This document shows, piece after piece, positions 1 to 8,428 of a stretch of DNA of 64,000 bases. Below the pieces are notes generated by a model. That model worked only from the letters and a program-made list of their open reading frames with translations, did no database searches and was not told where the DNA came from. This stretch comes from a virus (taxonomy: Duplodnaviria > Caudoviricetes). Both the position numbers and the translations under genes were made by a program. Location of the stretch: positions 1,667 to 65,666 of the IMG/VR virus record IMGVR_UViG_3300021963_000121; one strand, written 5' to 3'. The stretch's first letter is position 1. The number at the start of each line of letters is the position of its first letter.

Positions 1-1747
1 CTAGATGTGATTCCAATGCTATAGCAAACACATCTACAGTTGTATGGTGGGTAGCAACTACAGCTCTACCAGAAACTCCTGCTACAAGTCGTTGACCTTT
101 TTTAACAACACCAGAAACTTTAACTGGCACACGCCCTTTTAATGCCACTGCTTGGCCTTCCGCATCTCTGTTCATCAAATATGCTGGTTTTTCTGATATT
201 ACACCTATAGCTCTGTCACCTAAACTAGCTTCTGTAGCTTCAAATTCGCCACCTACAGCAATTACAGTTCCAACTTCATATTCTTTATCAGTTTTATATA
301 TCTCTGCTAAGTCAGCGTATTGTGCTGAAGTGGCGGTACCATTAAAGTATCTAGCTTCCACGTCGCCGCCGTTGTTTCTTAATACAACAGTATTTGGATC
401 TTTTGTTACCGATAATGCTCTTCCATTTACAGTAATTGTATCAGTTGACTGCCCTTCAAATCTAGCTGCTCGAATAATTCCTGTTGAAGTTCTAATAGGT
501 ATTGTAGCAACACCAGGTGTTGCCAATTCGCTAGGATCAAGATTGTTTAATTTTGATGCGGTTATTGATGATGTTGATTGACCGTTAATTGGCCCTGTAA
601 ACGAACCAGTAAAACTATCACCAACAAATGCTCGAGTTGTTGCGTTAAAGGCCACAGTATCGTTGGCTGCTAAAAGATTTCCTTTATGAATACCAACAGA
701 ATTTCCTGTAACATTACCAACAAGATTACCTTGAACTGTATTAGCGTAAATTGTTTTCCACTGTTTTGTAGAAGTACCAAAATTTAATCTTCCAGTAGCA
801 CCTGGAAATATAGCATTAGCCGAACTTGCGTCTGAATTGTCAAACTGGTCCCTAGTCATAATCATCATGTCGTCTTTATCGACATTTGATCCGCTGTTAG
901 AAATTCTTAATACTATTGGACCGTTAACTTGATTTTCAATAGTTGGTTGTTGATTAGTGTTGATCCAAACTCTAAGATCTTTTCTGTTACCTGAATTAAC
1001 AGTTAACCCTGCTTTAAAATTAATTTCAGCTGTAAAACCGCCTTCAGCATCACTACGAATAAATTTTTCAATTGGTTGTCCGCCAAGTTTTTCCGAGTTA
1101 CTGGCAGTTCCCCAGAATCTATACCCGGCAGCATCACTAACTCCTGTTGAAATAACAGAATTTAATGTAATACCTTTCTTAATTTGGCGGCCAGTTTCTG
1201 AAAATCCGCCAATAGTATTAGATGAAGATAAAGTAAAATCAGGATCGTTACTAAACACTGCGGTAGTAACACCGCCTACTACCGCACGTAAAATAACATG
1301 AGATGTATTGTTAACGTCTTTGACCACTTGTGTAACAATCTGAGAAGTACCAAAACCAGGAGCACTTTGTGGACCAATCAATACAAAGCTAGATCCGTTC
1401 CATGCTGACAACTGATTAGTGCCGTTATCAAACCATAAATCGCCTGCGGCCAGTCCGGATGGAGCTGTAGATGCTACTTCAGCACCACTTGCTACTTTAA
1501 ACTTAACACCGTCGTAAAATTTTAATTTTTTTGTACCAGAATCGTACCAAATTTGGCCGCTGATAGGTCTAGACGGTGCTACTGTATTTGAGAAATTTTC
1601 TAATAAGTGTAGAAAATTTTCATTTTGTATCTCACCGTACCCAGAATAATTTCTACCCACGAACCGTAGATCAGTGGTACTATCGATGGTGCCGTCAGCA
1701 ACATTTGTTAAAAAAGTTCTATTATATCTGTCTACGCGATAGGTCAT
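1..1747 (-). CDS. Tail fibre/baseplate fibre paralog 1 with C-terminal peptidase G2-like intramolecular chaperone domain (3' end runs off window)
   Basis: Not in the ORF track because it is truncated. Hand translation from ATG 1747: MTYRVDRYNRNFLTNVADGTIDSTTDLRFVGRNYSGYGEIQNENFLHLLENF, the N-domain shared with the neighbouring paralogs. C-terminus reads YADLAEIY...GVISEKPAYLMN...VALKGRVPVKV...VFAIALE. Confidence 0.8.
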   Translation of the reverse strand, partial: MTYRVDRYNRTFLTNVADGTIDSTTDLRFVGRNYSGYGEIQNENFLHLLENFSNTVAPSRPISGQIWYDSGTKKLKFYDGVKFKVASGAEVASTAPSGLAAGDLWFDNGTNQLSAWNGSSFVLIGPQSAPGFGTSQIVTQVVKDVNNTSHVILRAVVGGVTTAVFSNDPDFTLSSSNTIGGFSETGRQIKKGITLNSVISTGVSDAAGYRFWGTASNSEKLGGQPIEKFIRSDAEGGFTAEINFKAGLTVNSGNRKDLRVWINTNQQPTIENQVNGPIVLRISNSGSNVDKDDMMIMTRDQFDNSDASSANAIFPGATGRLNFGTSTKQWKTIYANTVQGNLVGNVTGNSVGIHKGNLLAANDTVAFNATTRAFVGDSFTGSFTGPINGQSTSSITASKLNNLDPSELATPGVATIPIRTSTGIIRAARFEGQSTDTITVNGRALSVTKDPNTVVLRNNGGDVEARYFNGTATSAQYADLAEIYKTDKEYEVGTVIAVGGEFEATEASLGDRAIGVISEKPAYLMNRDAEGQAVALKGRVPVKVSGVVKKGQRLVAGVSGRAVVATHHTTVDVFAIALESHL

Positions 1748-1765
1748 GTTTGTTCCAGTTTTCTA

Positions 1766-1772
1766 TATTTAT
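1766..1772 (-). promoter_or_regulatory. T4-type late promoter (ATAAATA)
   Basis: ATAAATA on the minus strand in the short gap upstream of ATG 1747; the motif recurs before many structural genes and gp55 is encoded in the window. Confidence 0.6.
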
Positions 1773-1774
1773 TC

Positions 1775-2245
1775 TTACTCAAATCTACGCTTCTTATCAA
1801 TTATATCGTGTTCTTCTTCTTCAGAAACCCACGTATATGCGTCAGGGTTCGAACTGTATGCTGCTATTTGCTCTGCGTGTTGTACTTTAACTTTATCAAT
1901 ATACTCTTTAAGACGTGTAAATGCTTCAGTTTTAGGCAATCCGGACTGATCTAACATGTCTATTATTATGTTAATCTGCTTGTGTATAGGATAATGAGCG
2001 TGTACTACCATATTAGAATCAAATTTAATATAGCTTTCTGTGACCACAGGTTTTTCAACTTTAGATCTAATTTCACCCGTGTCGTGATCACCATACCAAT
2101 ATTCACCAAATTCAGGATCAAGCTCTACGCTTTTAATCAAAAACTTTTCAAAATTCAAAGATTCTCTATCTGTTTCTGGCCCTAATTCTCCTATGAGAAC
2201 TCCGGTAGATTTGATGAATAATAAATCTCTAGCTACTTTTGCCAT
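1775..2245 (-). CDS. Hypothetical protein, possibly a tail fibre assembly chaperone
   Basis: 156-aa ORF inside the fibre operon. YPIHKQINIIIDML followed by a helical C-terminus resembles small phage fibre-assembly proteins (inference). Confidence 0.5.
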   Translation of the reverse strand: MAKVARDLLFIKSTGVLIGELGPETDRESLNFEKFLIKSVELDPEFGEYWYGDHDTGEIRSKVEKPVVTESYIKFDSNMVVHAHYPIHKQINIIIDMLDQSGLPKTEAFTRLKEYIDKVKVQHAEQIAAYSSNPDAYTWVSEEEEHDIIDKKRRFE

Positions 2246-2246
2246 A

Positions 2247-2741
2247 TTAAATTCTTCCCCATGTAAGCACTAGGCTATATTTTGGTTGCTCGTCGGCACC
2301 GATTTCTGTTACTTCATGTTCTAAATGAACAGGCATATCTAAATATGCCCCTGGTTTTTCATCAACAATGTGACCTATTCCCTGTTCGTCATAATATTTA
2401 AAATGTGATTTATCGCTTCTAAGAAAAATCAATTTAAATTTCCAATACCCTGCGCTGCTGTCTTTGTGTCTTATCAAATAATCGCCTGGTTCATAGCGAT
2501 TAATAGTAAACGTCGATACAAATTCTCTGTCATCTGGAATAGTTTTAAACACTGCGTTTTTTAATTCTTCGCTCATATTAAAATAAAATAAACTTTTTAA
2601 TTTACTATGACCGTAATTAGTTTTAAAACTATGAATATTACCCGGGCCCCTATCTGTGAACTTATCTAGGTGCTGTTCAGTTAGACTAATAACTTCGTCA
2701 ACATTAGTCATATAATTTTCAACAAGGTTAACCTGATACAT
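2247..2741 (-). CDS. 2OG-Fe(II) dioxygenase (prolyl-4-hydroxylase-like fold)
   Basis: INRYEPGDYLIRHKD gives the HxD, HEVTEI the distal His, and KYSLVLTW has K at the 2OG-binding basic position. Confidence 0.8.
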   Translation of the reverse strand: MYQVNLVENYMTNVDEVISLTEQHLDKFTDRGPGNIHSFKTNYGHSKLKSLFYFNMSEELKNAVFKTIPDDREFVSTFTINRYEPGDYLIRHKDSSAGYWKFKLIFLRSDKSHFKYYDEQGIGHIVDEKPGAYLDMPVHLEHEVTEIGADEQPKYSLVLTWGRI

Positions 2742-4509
2742 ATTCCCAACTTGTCCTTGTAGAATTAACTTGGTATATCAAAAGATTGTTTCTAGTAGGG
2801 TTCTGCATAGTAGTTTGAACTGATACACCAACCAAATATGTTGAACCAATCCTTGACTGATACTGCAAAGACGCTACGGATTGAACGTTTTGAATAGTAC
2901 TAGCAATGTGCGCTCTAGTTCCAGGTAAAAAATTCTCAGTTGGTGCTAATTGATTTAATATTGCCACCACTGACCCGGCACCGGCGCCTGATAATAACAA
3001 GCCTTTTGTATCTAAACTAAAGAATAATGTTCTTGAAGCTACCTTGTCGTCAACATATTGTTTAGTAGCCGCATGATTAGGCTGCGTTGGTTCTCCTACT
3101 AAAGTTAAGTAGCCAGTCATTGAGCTGCCTAGTTTAGCAACTTTAGTATCATCTTCAATGGTAATGTTAGAAGAACCATCAAAGGCAACTCCATTAATAT
3201 ACTTTGGATCTAAAAACTTACTTGATGTGGCTGCGTTACCAACCAAAGAGCCCGTAAACTGTTTTGTTCCAGCATTGTAAGCAATAGTATTATCATTGGC
3301 ATAAATGTCGCCTTTGAGATCTCCAACTACTTGATTAATAACTGTTAATGTGTCTATTGAAGAATTAAGAAAGTTAGTATTAGATCCTGTAAAAGTTTTA
3401 GTAGATCCGTCATAGGCAACACTGTTATCTAATGCTCTAACATTGCCAGCTATTGAACCAGTTAACGACCCAAATAATTCTTTAGTTACTCCATTTATCA
3501 TTACTGAATCATCTTCAGCATAATGACTACCAGTTACTGATCCCCTAACATTACCAAACAGATCAGTAGCATGAACTTCATTCCATTTTTTAATTGGCGA
3601 TCCAAGATTATATGTGTCATTAATACCCGGAGTCATTCCAGTAACATCAAATATACCAACATCTTCTTTAATAGTGCCATTCATTATTCTAACACGTATG
3701 CTACTGCCAACTTGGTTAGATATTACTGGTTTATTAGTATCTTCTACAAATATTTTTATATCAGAATCATTGCCTACACTAAAGCCAGTATCGTCAAATG
3801 TTGAACCAGATCCAGTTCTTAACACAAAGTCTGCGGTAGTTTTTCCATCAAATTTTAACGCATTACTAGCAGTACCCCAAAATCTGTGGGTAGACGAAGT
3901 TACTCCAGATGCTGGAGTATTGATTAAAGTTATACCTTTCTTGATTGTAGTGAATCCGTCAATTTCATCTACATCACCAATACCGTATTCTTCATTGCTA
4001 ATTGTTCCAATAACTTCGTCATCAGAATAAATTTTAATTATAGCATGTTGGGTGTTTCCGTTGTCACGGATAGTACTGGATGTTAATTTAGTTTCTCCAA
4101 AATTTACAGCAATTTCTGGACCAATAACAACATAATTTGTGCCATCCCATACGTTGATTTGTTTGAGTGTATCGTTATACCAAACATTACCTTTATCTCT
4201 AGCTGCTAAGCCAGTTGGAGCTGTAGTAGAAACATCAACTATTGCTGTTGTTTTCCATGTGTTTGTGTAATCTCTAAATTTTAATTTGTTGTTTAACTCG
4301 TCATACCATATTTGACCAACTATTGGTCGACGCGGAGCAAATTCGCTACGAAAATGTTCTAATAGATGTAAAAAATTCTCGTTTTGTATCTCGCCATACC
4401 CGGCATAATTTTTACCAACTAATTTAATGTCACAACTCGACGAGTCCACTGTTTGATCAGGGACTGTTGAAAATATTGTTCCGTTATATCTATCTACCTG
4501 ATATGGCAT
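2728..4509 (-). CDS. Tail fibre/baseplate fibre paralog 2
   Basis: Shared N-domain (LVGKNYAGYGEIQNENFLHLLEHF...GQIWYD); fibre motifs INGVAFDGSSNITI and PTQPNHAATKQYVD. Confidence 0.75.
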   Translation of the reverse strand: MPYQVDRYNGTIFSTVPDQTVDSSSCDIKLVGKNYAGYGEIQNENFLHLLEHFRSEFAPRRPIVGQIWYDELNNKLKFRDYTNTWKTTAIVDVSTTAPTGLAARDKGNVWYNDTLKQINVWDGTNYVVIGPEIAVNFGETKLTSSTIRDNGNTQHAIIKIYSDDEVIGTISNEEYGIGDVDEIDGFTTIKKGITLINTPASGVTSSTHRFWGTASNALKFDGKTTADFVLRTGSGSTFDDTGFSVGNDSDIKIFVEDTNKPVISNQVGSSIRVRIMNGTIKEDVGIFDVTGMTPGINDTYNLGSPIKKWNEVHATDLFGNVRGSVTGSHYAEDDSVMINGVTKELFGSLTGSIAGNVRALDNSVAYDGSTKTFTGSNTNFLNSSIDTLTVINQVVGDLKGDIYANDNTIAYNAGTKQFTGSLVGNAATSSKFLDPKYINGVAFDGSSNITIEDDTKVAKLGSSMTGYLTLVGEPTQPNHAATKQYVDDKVASRTLFFSLDTKGLLLSGAGAGSVVAILNQLAPTENFLPGTRAHIASTIQNVQSVASLQYQSRIGSTYLVGVSVQTTMQNPTRNNLLIYQVNSTRTSWEYVSG

Positions 4510-4521
4510 TTATTGCTCCAA

Positions 4522-6330
4522 TTAAAATTTTATACATGGTAACATTGCTACGTTTCGTGGACGAGTCTCGTGTATACCTGTATTGTATGTTCCGTGCTGT
4601 AAGAAATGGGCACCGTTATCGTAGTCAGTGCCTCTATTTGAACCAGCACCCGGGCCAACACTAATAGATCCTAGTTGAGGATCGTTGTATGTATAACTTC
4701 CACTAATTTCACTCCAACGGATGTCATCAAATATGTGTCCATGAGATTCAATAGAATCTGTTTGCTGTGAAGCAAATGCTCGACCAGTGTCGACTTCTCG
4801 ACCAGCATCCCATCCTCGGATAAATTCTCCTCGAAGATCAGGAAGATTAAACGAAGTCACGCCGTCTCCAGCACCCCACAATGTTCCAATTGCTGAAAAT
4901 AAACTTGCGTATGTAGTTCTAGATACTGCTTGCCCATTGCACACAAGCCAACCAGATGGAGCTGTTTGTCTTGCGAAATAGGCCACTTGTGCTATAATAC
5001 CATTAGGTATACTTTCCCATGCTACACCAGTCGATGATAAAATATTACCAGACGGCCCAGGAGCAATTAATTGAACTGGAGATCCGCCACCGCCAACTAC
5101 TAAATGATTTAGTGTTAAAGTATTTCTTCCTGAGCCACCGTTGCCTACAGACAATGTGTTTGTTACTTGAGTCGTAAGATCAATTGTAGCAGATCCCCAC
5201 TCCGGTGACAAGCCTGCGCCTCTTGATTTTAAAACTTGGCCAACAGTTCCAGCAGAATCTAAGAATTTTAATTCGTCATTTATTGAAACTACTGTAAATG
5301 TTGCTGAGGTTGGCGATGCGCTACCAATTATACCGTTTACTGAACCTGTTACATTACCTGTTACATTACCTGTTACATTACCTATTACTGGGCCAGTGTG
5401 AGTTCCTATTGTGTTTCCAGAAACGTTGCCTTGAACGTTTCCGTAATGTGTTCCGGTTGTATTACCTGTCAAATCAGCCGTTATTGTACTTGCTGAAAAA
5501 TTTCCTAATCCATCTCTAGCTACTATTTTATCATCAATATTAGACGATGTAGCATCAATACTCCACGTTGTGGTGGCAGATCCGTCAAAATCATTGCCAA
5601 TGATATAATTTCCACCAACAAGGTAATTAGTTGTATTAGATTTAACAACTATGTTAGCAGATCCATCAAACGAAACACCGTTAATAGTACGTGGAGTTTC
5701 TAAGGTGCTAGCTGTAGAAGCGTTGCCTGCCACTGATCCTTTTAAAAACGATGTTGAAGATAAAGTTATACCTTTCTTTAGAGAACTAAATCCAGGTACT
5801 GCGTCAGCAACAAGTATATCAAAATCTCTTTCCGTAATTATAGCTACTACTGTATCATTTAACGTTACTTTAATCACTGGTCTAGAAGTTGACCCAGTAT
5901 CTCTTATTTTTGTAGATACTAGACGTGTTGTGCCAAAATCAGTAACTGCTTCAGGTCCTACAAATTTAAATTGTGTGCCGTCATAGACATAAAATTGATT
6001 TGAATCAGTATCTAACCAACCATCGCCCGGAGCATTTTCAATTGGTTGTGTAGGAGAAATAGTTGTATTTCCTACAATGTTCCAAGAAAGACCAGTATAA
6101 ACTTTAATACGTTGTGTATCAGAGTCATACCATAGTTGACCAATTATTGCTTTATTTGGAGCAGCAGCGCCGGCAAAATTTTCTAACAACCATAGGAAAT
6201 TTTCATTTTGTATTTCGCCGTACCCAGCAAAGTTTTTACCTACTAGTCCTACACTGGTCGTAGAATCAAGTGTACCGTCTTCTAGTACAACTAATCTATC
6301 ACCGTTAAATTTATTAATTTGATATGGCAT
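4522..6330 (-). CDS. Short tail fibre-like paralog 3 with phage tail collar domain
   Basis: Shared N-domain; GNVT repeats; collar motif APSGWLVCNGQAVSRTTYASLF...FNLPDLRGEFIRGWD; HGH motif; ends ETRPRNVAMLPCIKF. Confidence 0.85.
   Translation of the reverse strand: MPYQINKFNGDRLVVLEDGTLDSTTSVGLVGKNFAGYGEIQNENFLWLLENFAGAAAPNKAIIGQLWYDSDTQRIKVYTGLSWNIVGNTTISPTQPIENAPGDGWLDTDSNQFYVYDGTQFKFVGPEAVTDFGTTRLVSTKIRDTGSTSRPVIKVTLNDTVVAIITERDFDILVADAVPGFSSLKKGITLSSTSFLKGSVAGNASTASTLETPRTINGVSFDGSANIVVKSNTTNYLVGGNYIIGNDFDGSATTTWSIDATSSNIDDKIVARDGLGNFSASTITADLTGNTTGTHYGNVQGNVSGNTIGTHTGPVIGNVTGNVTGNVTGSVNGIIGSASPTSATFTVVSINDELKFLDSAGTVGQVLKSRGAGLSPEWGSATIDLTTQVTNTLSVGNGGSGRNTLTLNHLVVGGGGSPVQLIAPGPSGNILSSTGVAWESIPNGIIAQVAYFARQTAPSGWLVCNGQAVSRTTYASLFSAIGTLWGAGDGVTSFNLPDLRGEFIRGWDAGREVDTGRAFASQQTDSIESHGHIFDDIRWSEISGSYTYNDPQLGSISVGPGAGSNRGTDYDNGAHFLQHGTYNTGIHETRPRNVAMLPCIKF
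5344..5379. repeat. 3 x 12-bp tandem repeat (ACCTGTTACATT) encoding GNVT-type fibre repeats
   Basis: Three exact copies read directly from the sequence, in frame within the fibre gene. Confidence 0.85.
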
Positions 6331-6356
6331 CTGCTTCTTCCGTCAGTTTATTTAAT

Positions 6357-8417
6357 TTACCATAGTGGTCTAATAAAGCTGCTTATTCCAGCTCCAGTAG
6401 CACCTGGTACAACATCATCTTCTGTTCTTGTGTCTAATACCCACTCAATTGTTGTAGGGCCTGTTTGTGTCAAAATACAAGTAATTAATCCTCTAACAAC
6501 ATAAAATCTTGGAGGTTTTTGTGTTGGTATTTGTGAATCAACTGCTACTTCTTTAATTGCGTTGTATGTGCCTGGCGTGCCAGACGGTGTTAATGCTCCA
6601 GTTACATCATACAGAGTTTCTGTAGCTATCATATTACCACCGTCCCACTGAACACCAACTGTAGATACGGCTGGAATATTTTCTAAAAAATATCTCCATG
6701 TTGCTATTCTTGCTATAGTACCTAATTCGTATTCATCAACTGGAGCAATCAATGTTAATTCTGCTTCAACCTCAGCATCAGTTAATCCTACTGGTTCGTC
6801 AGGATCGTATCCAATAAGCCCCTTGCCAGTAACATCCATTGTTAGCGGAATGCTTCTAGATCTAACTAAATTTGTAACATATTTTTTACTTGTAGCTTCT
6901 GACAACTCAGTAGTAGTTAAAACTCCTTGAGCTTCAACCGTTTGGTCAATACTGTTTTCGCTAGTGGTCTGTATGCCAATAATTTTTGGACTTGAAGATC
7001 CATCAAGATATAAATCGCCTCGAGGTTCTATATGTAAATCTGTAGAGTTTATTCCGCCAACGTTGCCGCCGTCCGCATAAGGCATTGTGCTTCCGTTGTT
7101 AGAAATAACATTATCGTTGAGTACAAGGTTATCAATTGTTAAATTGTTTAATGTACCAAAACTTGTTACACCCGGAGCAGATGTTACTGCCGCAGATAAT
7201 TGTATGCCTACACCAGTGTCTTCTAGTACTGGTACACCGTCAATTTTATATGACCCTAAACTAGGAATATCAATTGATTCTGTAGACACCCAAGTGTTTG
7301 TAGCGTTATCCCATAATATAGAATGATTAGTATTACCTCTTAATATTATGCCACCGCCGTCTGCGCCTGTGTCCGAAGGCGATCCCGAACTAGGAACTGC
7401 CAATTCAATATTTTTATCTGCTAGTGTAAGAGTTTCTGATTGAATTATAATTGTAGCGCCTTCAACTGTTAGGTCTCCAGCGACAGTCATGTTACCGCCT
7501 ACGTTAACTTGACTGTTAGCGTTTGATTGAAAAATATTAATTACGTCGTCACCAGTGCTGCTAGGTTCAATAGTCATTGCTGTTAAGGAATTGTTATTCT
7601 TTGTTACCTTAAACGCCATTTTAAAGTTGTTAGACGAATTTCTAAAATATACGTCTCCACCACTTTCAACACCTGCTTGTCCTTGTGGACCTGTGCCCCA
7701 GCGTATACCTTGATCGTTTGATATTGTTAGTTGTTCAGTAAAAATATTAGCTTGATTTTTTCTAGCGTAAAAAATAGCTTCAACGTTACCTAGTTTATCT
7801 GAGTTATTAGAAGTACCTACAAATTTAAAAGCATCAGTGAGCGGATTAAAACCAATTTTTATAATGTTAGCGGTATAGCTTGGTATTGGAAATCTTGGAG
7901 TAAATTCTACAGCACTAAAAAATCCGCCAATTGCGCCGCCTATGTATAATGTTACTACTGTTCTATTTCTTCGAGCCGAGTCTTCTATGGTTTCTACTTT
8001 AAGACCTGATTGCCCTTGGGCCGACGAATAGTCTGGTCCAATCAAGTAGTCTCTTGACCCATCATAAAAATACAACTGATTATCCGTAGTACTAAACCAA
8101 AAATCTCCAGTACTGATATCTAAAGGTCTTGTTGCCGCCAATGCCGATGTGCCAACTGCTTTCCATTCGGTTCCAGAATAAACTTTTACTCGATTTTCTT
8201 CTAGGTCATACCAAAGCTGACCTGTCAATGCTGGAGTTGGTTCGACTCCTGTACTAGCAAAATTTTCTAAAATTTTAACAAGATTTTCGTTTAGGTATTC
8301 ACCAAATCCGCTAAAGTTTTTTCCAATCAGTGTAATGCTTGTTGCTGACTGGTTTATTTGCCCGTCAACAACTGTTGCTATTGTAGTTCCGTCAGTTTTG
8401 TTTATTGTATATGCCAT
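6357..8417 (-). CDS. Tail fibre/baseplate fibre paralog 4
   Basis: Shared N-domain (LIGKNFSGFGEYLNENLVKILENF...GQLWYD); GDLTVEG...LADKNIELA...DGGGIIL fibre module; C-terminal module shared with paralog 2. Confidence 0.75.
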   Translation of the reverse strand: MAYTINKTDGTTIATVVDGQINQSATSITLIGKNFSGFGEYLNENLVKILENFASTGVEPTPALTGQLWYDLEENRVKVYSGTEWKAVGTSALAATRPLDISTGDFWFSTTDNQLYFYDGSRDYLIGPDYSSAQGQSGLKVETIEDSARRNRTVVTLYIGGAIGGFFSAVEFTPRFPIPSYTANIIKIGFNPLTDAFKFVGTSNNSDKLGNVEAIFYARKNQANIFTEQLTISNDQGIRWGTGPQGQAGVESGGDVYFRNSSNNFKMAFKVTKNNNSLTAMTIEPSSTGDDVINIFQSNANSQVNVGGNMTVAGDLTVEGATIIIQSETLTLADKNIELAVPSSGSPSDTGADGGGIILRGNTNHSILWDNATNTWVSTESIDIPSLGSYKIDGVPVLEDTGVGIQLSAAVTSAPGVTSFGTLNNLTIDNLVLNDNVISNNGSTMPYADGGNVGGINSTDLHIEPRGDLYLDGSSSPKIIGIQTTSENSIDQTVEAQGVLTTTELSEATSKKYVTNLVRSRSIPLTMDVTGKGLIGYDPDEPVGLTDAEVEAELTLIAPVDEYELGTIARIATWRYFLENIPAVSTVGVQWDGGNMIATETLYDVTGALTPSGTPGTYNAIKEVAVDSQIPTQKPPRFYVVRGLITCILTQTGPTTIEWVLDTRTEDDVVPGATGAGISSFIRPLW

Positions 8418-8428
8418 TAATCGCTCCG

